From the NCBI RefSeq assembly GCF_036321535.1, contig NC_087437.1:119662001-119726000 (forward strand): 64,000 nt of DNA. Reading direction: 5' to 3'. The first letter of the stretch is position 1. Each line of letters opens with the position of its first letter. This document shows positions 48,063 to 59,456 of the stretch, piece by piece. The notes beneath the pieces were generated by a model that had not been told where the DNA came from, made no database searches, and worked only from the letters and a program-made list of their open reading frames with translations. Both the position numbers and the translations under genes were made by a program. The stretch is from Camelus dromedarius (taxonomy: Eukaryota).

Positions 48063-48829
48063 ACTCATTTAACTTCCTCAGTTTTTGTGATGTTTGTGAT
48101 AGTTTTACCTCTTTGTTTACTTTGATTTCTCATTACAAGTAAAAATTTACTTTTAGACCAACTTCATATTCTTTTTCTTAAAGGGGACACCTAAACTTAC
48201 ATAAGCTTCTAGCATCTACAAAGCCTGGATCCCCTTCCGTATGAGGACAAAGAAGAGAGGGCAGGCTAAGAGGATGTTAATTACCCAAGAAATGGGTTTA
48301 CATGAATAAACCCCGAAGTTCATCCACAAAGGGGACTCCTGCATATTTCTTCCATCAGCCCCCAAGGTCCTGAGCGCCTGCGAGGCTGACAGCACTGTAC
48401 AAGGACCTGCCGTCCCGAGGAGCTCACCCTCGGCTTGTCAGGGGGTGGGGTCAGGCCGGCCAGGATCAGCAGACAACAGAAAGAGCAGCACTGAGTGCTT
48501 GCAGAACATGGATTACAGCTCAGAGAAAAGGCACGGAATGCACTGTGGCAGGGATAAGAACGCCAGTTTAACAAGGCAGAGCACCTCCCAGACCAGAAGC
48601 CCTCATGAAAGAACCACCATCTAAACAAATAATACGTTCATCAAAAGAGGGGCTGGTCATAAAGGGAAAACAGCAAAAACAGTTCTGAGGAGAAGAGCAT
48701 ACAGTGTTTGTTGAATGACTAACTGATCCAGAGAACTTTAAGCTTTCTTGTACCTCTCAGCATCCACAGACAAGTTCAATCCCTAAAGACCTCCACAACA
48801 CAGAAGTCTGCTTTGTGATAATATTTTAC

Positions 48830-48935
48830 CTTCATATTTTGATCCATCGGGATATATAAAAGTGCCTTGACCATGCTTTTTATTTTTAACATATTCTCCA
48901 ACATATCGAGCACCACTTTTAAATTTGTAGGTCCC
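48830..48935 (-). CDS. RSPH1: RSPH1 exon 3 ([36 protein letters not shown])
   Basis: tttcag|GGG acceptor, GAAG|gtaaaa donor; MORN repeats. Confidence 0.96.
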
Positions 48936-49036
48936 CTGAAACACATGGAGTGTATAATTCATGTCACTCCTGAATGTAATAAATGCTAACAAAGTACTAA
49001 ACAGAGAAAACCACCACTTAAGTCACTGATGCTGAC

Positions 49037-49150
49037 CTGGCCATGTCTTTTACCGTGTTCATAGTTCCCTTCATATACGTCCCCATTGGGCAGTCTCGCT
49101 TTCCCATGTCCGTGCCGTTCACCCATCTCATTCCGATCCCCTTCATATTC
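49037..49150 (-). CDS. RSPH1: RSPH1 exon 2 ([38 protein letters not shown])
   Basis: cccag|GAA acceptor, CAG|gtcagc donor; MORN repeats. Confidence 0.96.
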
Positions 49151-49220
49151 CTGGGCAAAGGAGACCAAGATGATCACGGCTACCATTTGTTAAGCATTAA
49201 ACATGTGCTAAGCATTTTAC

Positions 49221-49512
49221 AAAACAGACTTGCAGACATAGAAACAAACTTATAGTTACCAGAGGGGGAAAGGGGTTGGGAAGGGATAAATTGGGAGTTC
49301 AAGAGTTGCAGATACTAATTACTATATATAAAACAGATAAACAACAAGTTTCTACTGTGTAGCACAGGGAACTATATTCAATACTTTGTAACCTATAATG
49401 AAAAAGAATATGAAAAGGAATATATGTATGTGTATGTATGGCTGAAACATGATGCTGTACACCAGAAATGGACACACCATTGTAAACTGACTATACTTCA
49501 ATTAAGAAAAAA
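49221..49512 (+). mobile_element. L1 3'-end fragment in RSPH1 intron 1
   Basis: CAGACATAGAAACAAACTTATAGTTACC..ATTGTAAACTGACTATACTTCAATT. Confidence 0.85.
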
Positions 49513-51713
49513 TGAGTATTCCATTGAATCCTCTCTACCCTTGACTTTGTCTCACAGGTGAGGTAGGTACCAGGCCTGGGTGACAGGAGCATTGGTTCAA
49601 GGTCACATAGCTGATACCTGTCCGTGGTGGGAGCTTCACACTCTCCCTCCAATTTATCATGATAATCCTTTACACTATAAACAAAACCAACCATCTGGGG
49701 GGAAATGGGAGGTACTCCAAGTTGTGTTCTTTATAGGAACATGTTTGAAGTAGCAGATGCAGGTGGAACAGGCCCTGGACCCACCTTCCTCCGATAATCC
49801 AAAACTTAAAATGCAAATGATCCCTGGGGTGTCTGTGACCCGAAGGCAGCTTTGACCTTCAAGGAAGCTGATGGTGGGAGAGGAGTGGAGACCGGGGGCC
49901 TCTGAGGAATAAATGGGGCTCAATTGTCCCAGAATATCCTAACTCAATTTAGTTTATCTTATTTTAATAAACTCTTCATCAAGAGACTTAAGGTTCAAAC
50001 ACTCCTCGCCTAATACAGAAATAATTACATATCTATCTTAAAAGTAAATCAATAAAAAACATAATACAAGCTTGCAATTTCCCTATTTTCTCTATTCTTC
50101 ATAAAATAAATGTTCCTCCAGCACCTAATCCACACGTGTAGAGCGCAAATAACAAATAATGAAATGGCCAGGGCACAGAGCAATGGTTTGACACGGCATT
50201 GAATCATAATTACACACAAGCTCAGACACACTAAATCGAAGGCTCAGAAACAAACATTCTGGCAGTTCATGTGCTTTTCTAGCACTATTTGGCTCAGAAA
50301 TTCATGGTCAGAATATAAGGTAAAAATCTGCGACCTTACAAATTTGTTTTAGGGTTAGTCTAAATCAAAATGCACAAAAGACCACTCCTCCTGCCCCAAA
50401 GTCCACCCAATGCACCAATACTGAGCCGCTGGGATGGCTAATAAGGGGGGGAACCTTGAAAATAACCCCACTGTGATTCGAACCTAAAAATCACAGGCAT
50501 TAAAAAGTTACAAATCAGTAGGGCCAGCTGAGGGGACAGACTAGAAAGCATACTCGGCAGGTGATGTAGATTGGGGTCCCCGGAAGCAGACCTTGAGCAA
50601 GTGATTTTTTTTTTCAAGTGACTCCAAGAGACACCAGTAAAGGGGACAGGGAAAGAGATGTGAAAGAGGAGGCCACCAAGTATGGCAATGTCGGGTGACG
50701 TCCCAGACTCAGCCTCATCACACCGAGGGCTCTGGAGTACCGATCACTGCAGTTTGCTGCGCCTTTTAGCACTCGCTGCCGCCGTCCTGGGACACTTCTG
50801 GCTCTCCCTACTGGCCAGGTGGCTCCAGGGCATAGAGGTTCTAGTCTCCAGCAGCAAACCAGGCGGAGGCTGGGAGATGGGTGTGCGGAGCTATAAACAG
50901 GCCTGAGCAGGCACGCTTCACAGCAGAGGGGCTAGGTTTTTCAGATAATCCTGAAACTGTCTCACCTCTGCACCCTGCACACACACAGTGGCTGAGGTGT
51001 CCAACCTGTCAGCCAGGAAAGGGTCACCCTCTGGCTTGGTTAATCTCTGGTCGGTACAAATACGCTCCCACGGGGCCCAGCATGGCCACTGGGTGTGCAG
51101 CCCTCACCCTCTCTCCGCTGTCCAAACCAGGAAGTAATCCCAGCAACCTGCGTCAGGTCTGACGAGAGTAAAGAAAGCATATGGGATTACAGGCCTAGAC
51201 GATAATAGCTCCAGGAAGCCTCCGCAGAGCCTGAGACCTTCTTAGCCTTTCTTGAAGGCTGCCAGAAAGCCGCTTTCCTTCATCTGCCTTAATCCTGAGG
51301 AGCCAAGCTCCATTACTGAAGTGGTTTCAGAATAATACAAAAGTACATTCAAGAGTAGCAGGCAGCTTGGGATGACCCAGCCAATCAAGGAAGCTGCCTC
51401 GATGGAGGGTAACCTCAGGGAGGAGGACGTTTCCAACGCCTTGGATTTGGAAATCTTTGCCTTTAATGGGAGGCGGGTTGGGAGTGGGGGGAGCGAGGAG
51501 GGATGTGGCAAGCAGACGTCATGACGTTTCACCTTTCACAGCCGGCTTCCAGGACGCAGCGCCCGCTGTGGCCTACGTGGTCCTGGTCCCTGGCTGGGAC
51601 TCCCAGGGGACTGCGGCTGGCCTCCAGGCCAGCCCGCTCTCTGAATCCAGCTTCCAAGAGTCCGCCCGACACCGTGCACCCCAGGGTGCCCCTCCCTTAC
51701 CCGGAGCTCTCAC

Positions 51714-51767
51714 CCCAAGATCATTCTCGCCCTCCTCCTCCAACTCCTCCGAGCCCAGGTCCGACAT
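51714..51767 (-). CDS. RSPH1: RSPH1 exon 1 coding part (MSDLGSEELEEEGENDLG)
   Basis: GCCATG start, GGG|gtgaga donor; characteristic RSPH1 N-terminus. Confidence 0.96.
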
Positions 51768-51769
51768 GG

Positions 51770-52115
51770 CCCCGCCCCAGTCGGGATCTCCGCCGCTGCC
51801 TGCGCCTCTCTAGCAGGTAGGTACCAGCAGCCTGCACCGCCGCGTCCGCCGTCGCCATGGACACGCGGCCAGCCCCGCCCCTCTCCTGGTGTGGAGGGAG
51901 GAGAGGGAAGGAGCAGGAAGGAGCTACTGTTAACCTTCGGATACTGTCATAGCAACGGGACGCATCCGCCAATCGCTGCCTGGGAAGAGAGGGGTGGGAC
52001 CCGGGGCAGGAAGGGATGGGGAGGAGCCACTGGCTCCCTTCGCTGCTGTCATAGCAACGGTAAGGGGCGTCTTGGCCAATCGTTACCCAGGAGGAGGGAG
52101 GGGGCGGGGCCTGAG
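51770..52115 (-). promoter_or_regulatory. RSPH1 CpG-rich promoter with RFX X-boxes (51851-51864, 51943-51956, 52045-52058), CCAAT boxes (51969, 52076) and GC boxes
   Basis: GTCGCCATGGACAC, two CTGTCATAGCAAC, two GCCAATCG and GGGGCGGGG directly upstream of the ATG; RFX control of motile-cilia genes is established. Confidence 0.8.
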
Positions 52116-53667
52116 GAGCATCGAGAACTCACCTGCTCCCTAAACTGGACGCCACGTGGCTGGCCCTTTTAACCGGCAGCTGGGTGATCCTGCAACTAGA
52201 CGCCACCTTTGGATCAGAGGCCTAAAGAGGAAGGGTGCAGGAAGCGCGTTGAGCTAGCTCTCATAAGGGTTTCACCCCTGCCCGGAGCTGTGCACCATCC
52301 CTTTCCAGCCCCAGCCCTCTGCTTCTCGTGTCCCTCGGGACCTGCCTGCTTCTCCTCACCTTTCTTGGCCCTTCTGATCCTTTGGTGTTGGCAGTCCACA
52401 GAGATGTGCTCTTCGAGATCTTCTGTCGTGTTTATAAACATCTCCTGACTCAAGGAGTCAGCTCTGACCACTTAGCAGATGCGGGTCTACCCTGATGCCC
52501 TTCAGGGTTTGACATCCCTCCTCTACCCTGGATGTGAGTCTAGCCCCTTCGGGTCCCATATGTAGCTTCACTCCCTCACGCACTCCAATAGAGTCACAGG
52601 CGCGCGCACACTTACCTGCGCATTCACACTCACTCCCTCTCGTTAATGGGCCCCTCCTCCTGGCTTCCCTCTAGTCATCTGATACTCTGCCTGCCCAGGG
52701 CCCCTCATGATCTCCTTCCCAATTCCTCTGTCACCACCACCGACCTAGGCCTTCTTACTACCCCTGTAAACTCTGGCCATAGCCTCTAATTCAACCTCTC
52801 GTCTCCAGCCTTTGGCAGTCAGCACCTCACACTCCCTCTACTCAGAAACCCAAATGCAGCCCAGACTTGCTCACTGGCATTCAGTCTCTCCATGTTCACA
52901 GCCCAAGTCGTCTTCTCAGCCGCATGGCCCACCATCCCCAACCTCTACTTGTCACGTGCTTCAGACAAAATAAACCCCAGGTACTTACCCCAGATACAAC
53001 CCTCACTTCCCCACTTCTATGCCTTTGCCTGTGCCATACTCTCTTCCTGGAATGTCTTCCTTCCCCCATCCCTGCCTATCAAAAAGCACAGCCATTTTTC
53101 AAAGACTGGCCAAGGGACTACTCCCAGAAAAAGCTTCAAATTCTGGATAGGGACGCCCTCGGGGAGGGAGAGGGGAATGGGCTGGAAGAAAGAAAAGGAC
53201 TCAGCTCTGTGTATCATCTATTTTGTCTATCATCCATCCATCTATTTTAAAGGTGAGTGACAAAATGTTAAATTTAATTTTAACTGGTTTTTGTTTTATT
53301 AGTATACATTAACCATATTTCTGTGCAGTGTTTTTTTTTTTTCACTCTAAATATCGGACACCTCCTTCCTGCAGCTTCTAGTGATCCTTCAAGTCAGCTG
53401 CACTCACTGTCTCTCCCTTAATTCCCATATACCTTGAGCCAAGTTCTGTCTCCTGTAATCATCACCTGGGTGGCTGTCTGATTCCCGGATACTCAGGAGC
53501 CATGCCACCCTCATCTTTGTCTCCCCCACAGCACCTAGAAAAGTGTTTTGCACCCAGTGGATGCTCAACCAAGCCACTGAAATCCAGTCTATACGGGCCT
53601 TCAGATCCCTGATGAGTTGTAAAAACGTTCTTCCTTTATCATTTTTACTTAAAAGAGTCTCTATTTT

Positions 53668-54220
53668 GTATGCAGAAATAAACAAAGAACACCCAATAAG
53701 AACAAGCAAAGACTACTCATTCAGGGCTTGCAGCAGCACAGGAGTCAGCCACCATCACTTGCATTTTGGCAGAGACTCAAAGGCAGGCAGAAGAGTGGGG
53801 AAGCTTTACAATAGACAAAAGGAAAGGGTTCATGTGGGCCCTGACTGGAGGCTGTGGGCGTAAGGAGGCTGTAGGAGGACTCACTGGAAGCAGGCATCTT
53901 ATGTGATTGGTTAGGATGAAAATTCAGCTTCCTCTGACTGGGTCCTAAGTTGGAAGTGGGGACAAAAGGAAACTCTGTTATTAATTAAGTCCTGGCCATT
54001 TGACGCCAGTTGTTATAGGGGTTGTTGTTTGTTCCTGGATCAGCTACTAGGGACAGCAACCTGACTTTCTACAAGTCTGACCTACAGGAGTCTGGCTTCC
54101 TCGGCTGGTTGTTGTAGATAATGAGTTGGTTTCCTGGGCTTGTGGCTGCGAGTTGTGGATCCGAGTTCTATTTTTATAGATGGTTTGACCATTATACACT
54201 TGTATATTCAATTCCCAACA
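53668..54220. mobile_element. ERV-type solo LTR relic
   Basis: TG..CA-bounded segment with LTR-like motifs (GAGTCAGCCACCATCACTTGC, GTGATTGGTTAG); family not identified. Confidence 0.45.
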
Positions 54221-56029
54221 TGTTTTTGCAAGTTATACAAATAAGTGTGTTTCATTTTAAATCTGAATATTGCATGGTGCTGTTAGTTGCTTTTGAGATT
54301 TAATACCCTCAACAGTAATAACCTAATCATTTTATTTATTTAAATCCAATATTGAAGTATTTTTAAAAATTGATCTAAATGGAGGGAAAATAGTTCTTAA
54401 AGTCATCATTGTTTGCTGGAAATATTACTCATTTAGAGCCAGAATCCCCAAGTTCAAATTCCCATGGTCTACTAGCTTTGGTGACCTCAGGCAACTCACC
54501 TGCCCTCTGAGCCTCAGTTTCCTATTCTGTAAACTGAGGGGAATAAACCCTTACAATCTCAAAGAGCTGCCCTTGGGATCAAAGATGATATTTTATTAAT
54601 GTACTGTTTTTGTGTGTGTGTGTGTGTGATAGCTACATAATGCTAACAACAAAGATATTACAAAGAAGTTACATATTATTAATAGAAAGTTCTCCTCACA
54701 CTGACCTCAAGGTGTATTGTGTGACGTTGGGGTGGGGAAGGAGCTGGAGGAGGGTAGCAGGGACTGAGTAAACACAAGAGTTTCATCTTGCTGGTAGCAT
54801 ATGGAGACCAAATCCATGAGGTGAAGAGGTGAATAACCCACAGGTCTTCCAGAACACACACACCCTGTGTACCTTTCCCTCAGAACCAATAACATAACAG
54901 AAGGTTGCAATCTTAACCGAATCTCAGGCTCAAACCCATTAACCCATCACTCACTGAACAAAGAAACAATGTACAAGTGAATCAACACACAAGACCAGAC
55001 AATCATATTGTTAGTTAGTTGCAAAGATAAGAAGGTCATAAACACCCCCCACAATTAACAGTTTTTCTTATGGGGAAAAAGTTGGGACTTTAGAATAGAT
55101 GATGGTTATTTTCTTCTTTATACTTGACAGTTGCCACATCTACTACAATTGAGCATGTTTTTTTTTTATAATAAAATCTCAAAATATTTTTAAATATTAG
55201 AAATCTGGAATATAATCAAGAATACACAAATAAATACCAGCTTTTTGCACATAAAAGTAAACGTCATAAATTCAACTTTCAAATGTTCACAATGACAGTA
55301 ACTAATGTCTGTTAAGTCCTGACTCTCTGCAGTGTTTGTAGAATTTTATATGAATTATCTTATTAAGTCCTCACTGTCATTTCTCCATTGTACAGCTAAG
55401 GAACAGGAACCACAGAGAGGTAAAGACATTGCTCGGAATCATACAACCAGAGATTCAAACTATGCCACCCGACTCAAGAGCTATTGCTGTTAATCATTCC
55501 ACCCTACTGCCTCCCAGACCGCTAATTTAAATGAATAACTATGGTTTTCTGGGAGTGACCTTAACCATCTACTAAACAGAGAACCACTGGCTCAAAGAGG
55601 CTTCAACTGAAAAAACCAGAAAGTGATTTAAGCACACCGTGTTCTGGATCACGTCATAAGCAGCTGGGTGCCTACCCACTGAGCTACTGAATCTTAAAAT
55701 TTACAATTTGATTTACGTCTTATGCAAATTAGTCAGAGTTCCCCAAAAAACTCTGTCAGTCAATCTATAGTAATTTCACTACACTGCAGGTTTAGCAATT
55801 GTCCAGACAAGACCAGACCAGGCGTCCAGAACAGCAGGACTGGCCTCCCAGCTCCCGCAGCAGCAAATAGCCCAGATTCCAAACTCCTCCTTCCAGAAGG
55901 AGGCTGCTCCCGGGCTCAGGTTGGGCAGAGAGCCTCACTCACTCTCGTGAGAGACCTGGGTAGTCCCAGAAAGACTTCATTAGGCCAGTTTGACGGCTGT
56001 CATCCCCAGACCCCCTGACCCCTAACCCT

Positions 56030-56750
56030 CAGGTGACCCGGAAGTGCTTGGTGCCCACAGAAGCAGGGCTTTCAAGCTCCGAAGGCCTGCAAAATGTTCG
56101 CATAGCTCATCCTCTTATTTTATTGGGGTAAGTGAGAGGCAAAAAGGTGAGGCCATCACTAGGACGGGGTTTCTTCCCTGGACAAAAGAGAAATTCCTCT
56201 CCTACCTCTTACCCTTGCCAAGGAGGCACTTCCCATAATCCACCAGCTGGCCCTTCCCATCATCCCCCCGGGAGGGGTTTCCCATCATCCCCCAGGGGCG
56301 GTTTCCCATCATCCCCCAGCAAGGAGCCTGCGCAGGTAAGCCCAGCGGGGAGAAGGGAGGGGCGAGGCTGAGGGGAGAAGGTGAGGGGCCACGGTTCCCT
56401 CGCGCTGCCTTCCTCCAGTAAGAAATTTTTTTTTTTACGTCTTTTAAATATAAATTAGAGAGACCCACCTCTCTTCCCCTCCCCCAACAAAAAGAACGAG
56501 TAAAGGAAACGCAGTCAGGGGCTGGCCGTGGTTCTGCGCAGAGGCGCGGCAGGGTGTCTCTTGTGTCCACGGTGGGACGCCGGGCGGGGAAAGCGTCTCG
56601 GAGCCCCCCGGGGCCGCTGCCTGCCTTCCACACCTTTCTGACCACCTCCAAGCTGGGTCTGGGCTGCCTGGCAGTTGCCATGGCGACTGGCTGAGTCCCT
56701 GAGCCCGCGCTGTCTGGACCATCCAAGACAACGCAGAGAAGAGGCCGTAA
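56030..56750 (+). promoter_or_regulatory. GC/CpG-enriched candidate promoter / first non-coding exon, likely an upstream SLC37A1 promoter (synteny inference)
   Basis: ETS motif CCGGAAGTG (56038-56046), strong donor CAG|GTAAGC (56335/56336), X-box GTTGCCATGGCGAC (56674-56687); no SLC37A1 coding sequence seen in the window. Confidence 0.45.
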
Positions 56751-56992
56751 GAACTGAGGCAATTCAGGAAAATGAAAATAGAGTTGTTGTTGTTTTTCAG
56801 TTTGTAGCAACTATTCAGAACAAAAGCAGACCTTGACCAAAATGAATTCAAGCGCATCTTAACTGTAGAAATGTGAGGCTATTTACTAAACTACTGTATT
56901 CTTACAAATTGAACTGTTACGTATATGCACATATATAAACGTATACTAACAGATGTGTAGATATAGATTGATGTAAAAACACAGGAATTGCC

Positions 56993-57090
56993 ATTTATTT
57001 ATTTATTTATTAAATGGAGATATTGAGAGTTGAACCCAGGACCTTCTGCATGTGAAGCACATGTTCTACCCCTGAGCTATATACCGTCCC
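56993..57090 (-). mobile_element. tRNA-Ala-derived SINE / tRNA pseudogene
   Basis: Reverse complement reads TATAGCTCAGGGGTAGAACATGTGCTTCACATGCAGAAGGTCCTGGGTTCAAC..CTCCA plus A-rich tail. Confidence 0.8.
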
Positions 57091-58133
57091 TACCCTACCC
57101 TGCCCTCTCTCCCACCCACCCCAACTTCTTTTTTAAAAATAGAGGTTTTATGGCATTTAGTAGGTAAGAGTAAGATTCAGATTTGAAATCCTACCTCTGT
57201 TTGCTTCTTTCTGAAGCTAGTTTGTCCATCTGTAAAATGGAGGTTTTAGTTAACTGCCCTTTTAGGGCTGTGGTGACGTTTAAATAAGATGTTTATAATG
57301 AGCTTAGCACATGCCTAGCATACAATAAGGCACATGGTAAATGTTAACAATCATCATTAATGATTATGTTGTTGTTACTCAGCACTTGGTAAATGTTAGC
57401 TATTATTATTAATAATTATGCTGTTGTTCATAGAATAACCAAACACGTTTTCTCTATCAATAGGTCTTTGGGGAAGTTTTGACTCCAGTTTATCTTAATC
57501 ATTTCCTGTTGTGTCTTCCTGAAGAGGATCAACTGCCAAAGATAGTTCAGACAGGTAATTGTGACGACTGGAAGTTAGTCTGTGAGAAACTGATTTTGTT
57601 TAATGTTTATATTCATTAGCACTAATACACATGAGGGTGGGGAGAGACAGAAGTTTCTAGAAATATACAGACAAGTAGATTCTTAGGTGTAAGAAGCTCT
57701 TTTAATTGAGGTTGTGTCCCATTTAAAAGTAGCAACCAGTGAGGAAGAAATAGACACACACACAAGGACACACCCCTGCACACCTGCCTGAGTTACACAG
57801 TTTAATGGAAGGATACTGAGAATGCTTTTGTCAGGAAAGGAAAACAAATTCTTTTCCACCCAGGTAGTGGGATTATTCAGTATTCACCACAACCAGTGGG
57901 TAGACAGGTTAGTGGAGTCAGCCGGGTGGAGACAAGCGACGTCAGGCACTTGGGCAGACAGGCATTTCGTGTTGGGCAGCAAGCTCTGCTCCCCTCCCCC
58001 TCCTCACAGTACAGTGCTTGGCACGTAGGAACCACTCAGCCAGGTAAGCTTGTCATAGTGGTGTTAAGTAGCAGTTTGCAACAGAATTGTACTTTATGCA
58101 ATATTTGGAAAATTTTAAAAAGAATAAAGTAGG

Positions 58134-58230
58134 AGGGTGGGTGTAGCCCAGTGGTAGAGCTCATGCTTAGCGTGTGCGAGGTCCTGGGTTCAGTCACCAG
58201 TACCTCCATTAAAAAAAAGAAGAATTAAAA
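58134..58230 (+). mobile_element. tRNA-Ala(AGC)-derived SINE
   Basis: GTGTAGCCCAGTGGTAGAGC..GCTTAGC..GAGGTCCTGGGTTCAG..TACCTCCA plus poly-A. Confidence 0.85.
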
Positions 58231-58243
58231 AAAAGATGAAGTA

Positions 58244-58335
58244 GGGGGATATAGTACAGCACAGTGGTACAGCACGTGCTTAGCGTGCATGAGGTCCTGG
58301 GTTCAATCCCCAGTACCTCTGTTAATAAATAAATA
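58244..58335 (+). mobile_element. tRNA-Ala(AGC)-derived SINE (second, tandem copy)
   Basis: CAGTGGTAC..GTGCTTAGCGTGCATGAGGTCCTGGGTTCAATCCCCAGTACCTC plus (TAAA)n. Confidence 0.85.
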
Positions 58336-59203
58336 TTTTTTAAGAGGTAAAGTATATACATTTTTCATTCTTTTTTCCTTCTAGTTCATGATCTTTTTTT
58401 TTTTTTTTATTCTCCTTAAATCAGATTCCATTTCCAGGGGCTCTCTCAGTACATTAGTTAAAAAAAACTATGGCTGAGTGTGTACTGGGTCCCTGGATCA
58501 TATACTAGGGGGCTTTGAGGAAATGAGAAAATTATAGACCCATCTGGGGCAAATTTGACATTAATCCATGCTGTTAAAAAAATTACCCCAAACTATGATA
58601 CATAATGACTACATGTTAGTCCTTCATTCTAAAACGGATGTCATTCCTCCCCAGTGGTTGTTTCTGCATTTGATATTACCCATGACCTTGCTGTGGCCAG
58701 TGGTGATGGTGGGAGATCCCACGGTACAGGGGCCGCACATTCCAGGGCCTAAGGATGGGTCTGTTTCTTTGAGCAAGGAGCAGGGGAGAAGGCTGCAGGC
58801 TGAGTGAAGCATCCACCCCTCCCAGAATGAGGCTCACCCTGCCCACCTTGCAGGAAGTCAGAAGGGTCAAATAAGATAATGAGCCTGAAAATACTCTGGC
58901 AGCACCAGGTGCTGTAGATGTAATGTGTATATTTAACCCACTTTTAAAAGTCATTGATTATATAATATTTGATGCATATGAAGAATACACGTTCACGTGT
59001 GGCAGTGATGGAGCAAACTCATGCAGTGAACACCTGTGAACCTGCTCCCCTCAGAAGGAGATGAATGAGGAAGTGGAGAGAATCACCATGAACATCTGAG
59101 CACGTAGGTCTCTGTCCGCGTCTCAGACCCAGCTCTGTAGCTCAGTTATGTCGAGTGAGGAGTTCCTGGGCCAGTGGCACAGAGCCTTAAGACTAAGCAC
59201 CTT

Positions 59204-59360
59204 GGAGGGGGAGGGCAGAGCTCAGTGGTAGTGTGTGCTCAGCATGCACAGGGTCCTGAGTTCCATCCCCAGTCCCTCCATTAAAAATAAATAAATAAAC
59301 CAATTACCTCCTCCCTCCCAAAAATGTAATGAAGTTTTTTTAAAAAGGGTTTTAAAAAAA
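59204..59360 (+). mobile_element. tRNA-Ala-derived SINE
   Basis: AGCTCAGTGGTAG..GCTCAGCATGCAC.GGGTCCTGAGTTCCATCCCCAG..CTCCA plus (TAAA)n tail. Confidence 0.82.
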
Positions 59361-59395
59361 AACGCTGAATACCCCCTCCCACTGTGTTGTTTCAG

Positions 59396-59456
59396 AGCAC
59401 CGGCTGGCCAGGCCCCGCACTCCCCGGCGGTGAGGGCTGCTGCCCCCTCAGCGGAG
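59396..59456 (+). other. Candidate 61-nt non-coding exon (possible SLC37A1 5'UTR exon)
   Basis: Acceptor tgtgttgtttcag| and consensus donor GAG|GTAAGT around a GC-rich core with no ATG. Confidence 0.35.

Noticed and set aside
47295..48235. Possible hAT-type DNA transposon relic around the L1 fragment in RSPH1 intron 3
   Set aside because: Resemblance too weak to assign family or boundaries without a search
56202..56810. 202-aa minus-strand ORF
   Set aside because: No recognisable homology, starts at a non-ATG codon, and crosses short repeats in a GC-rich regulatory region
58134..58335. Functional tRNA-Ala genes
   Set aside because: Stem mismatches, A-rich tails and TSD-like flanks indicate SINEs or pseudogenes
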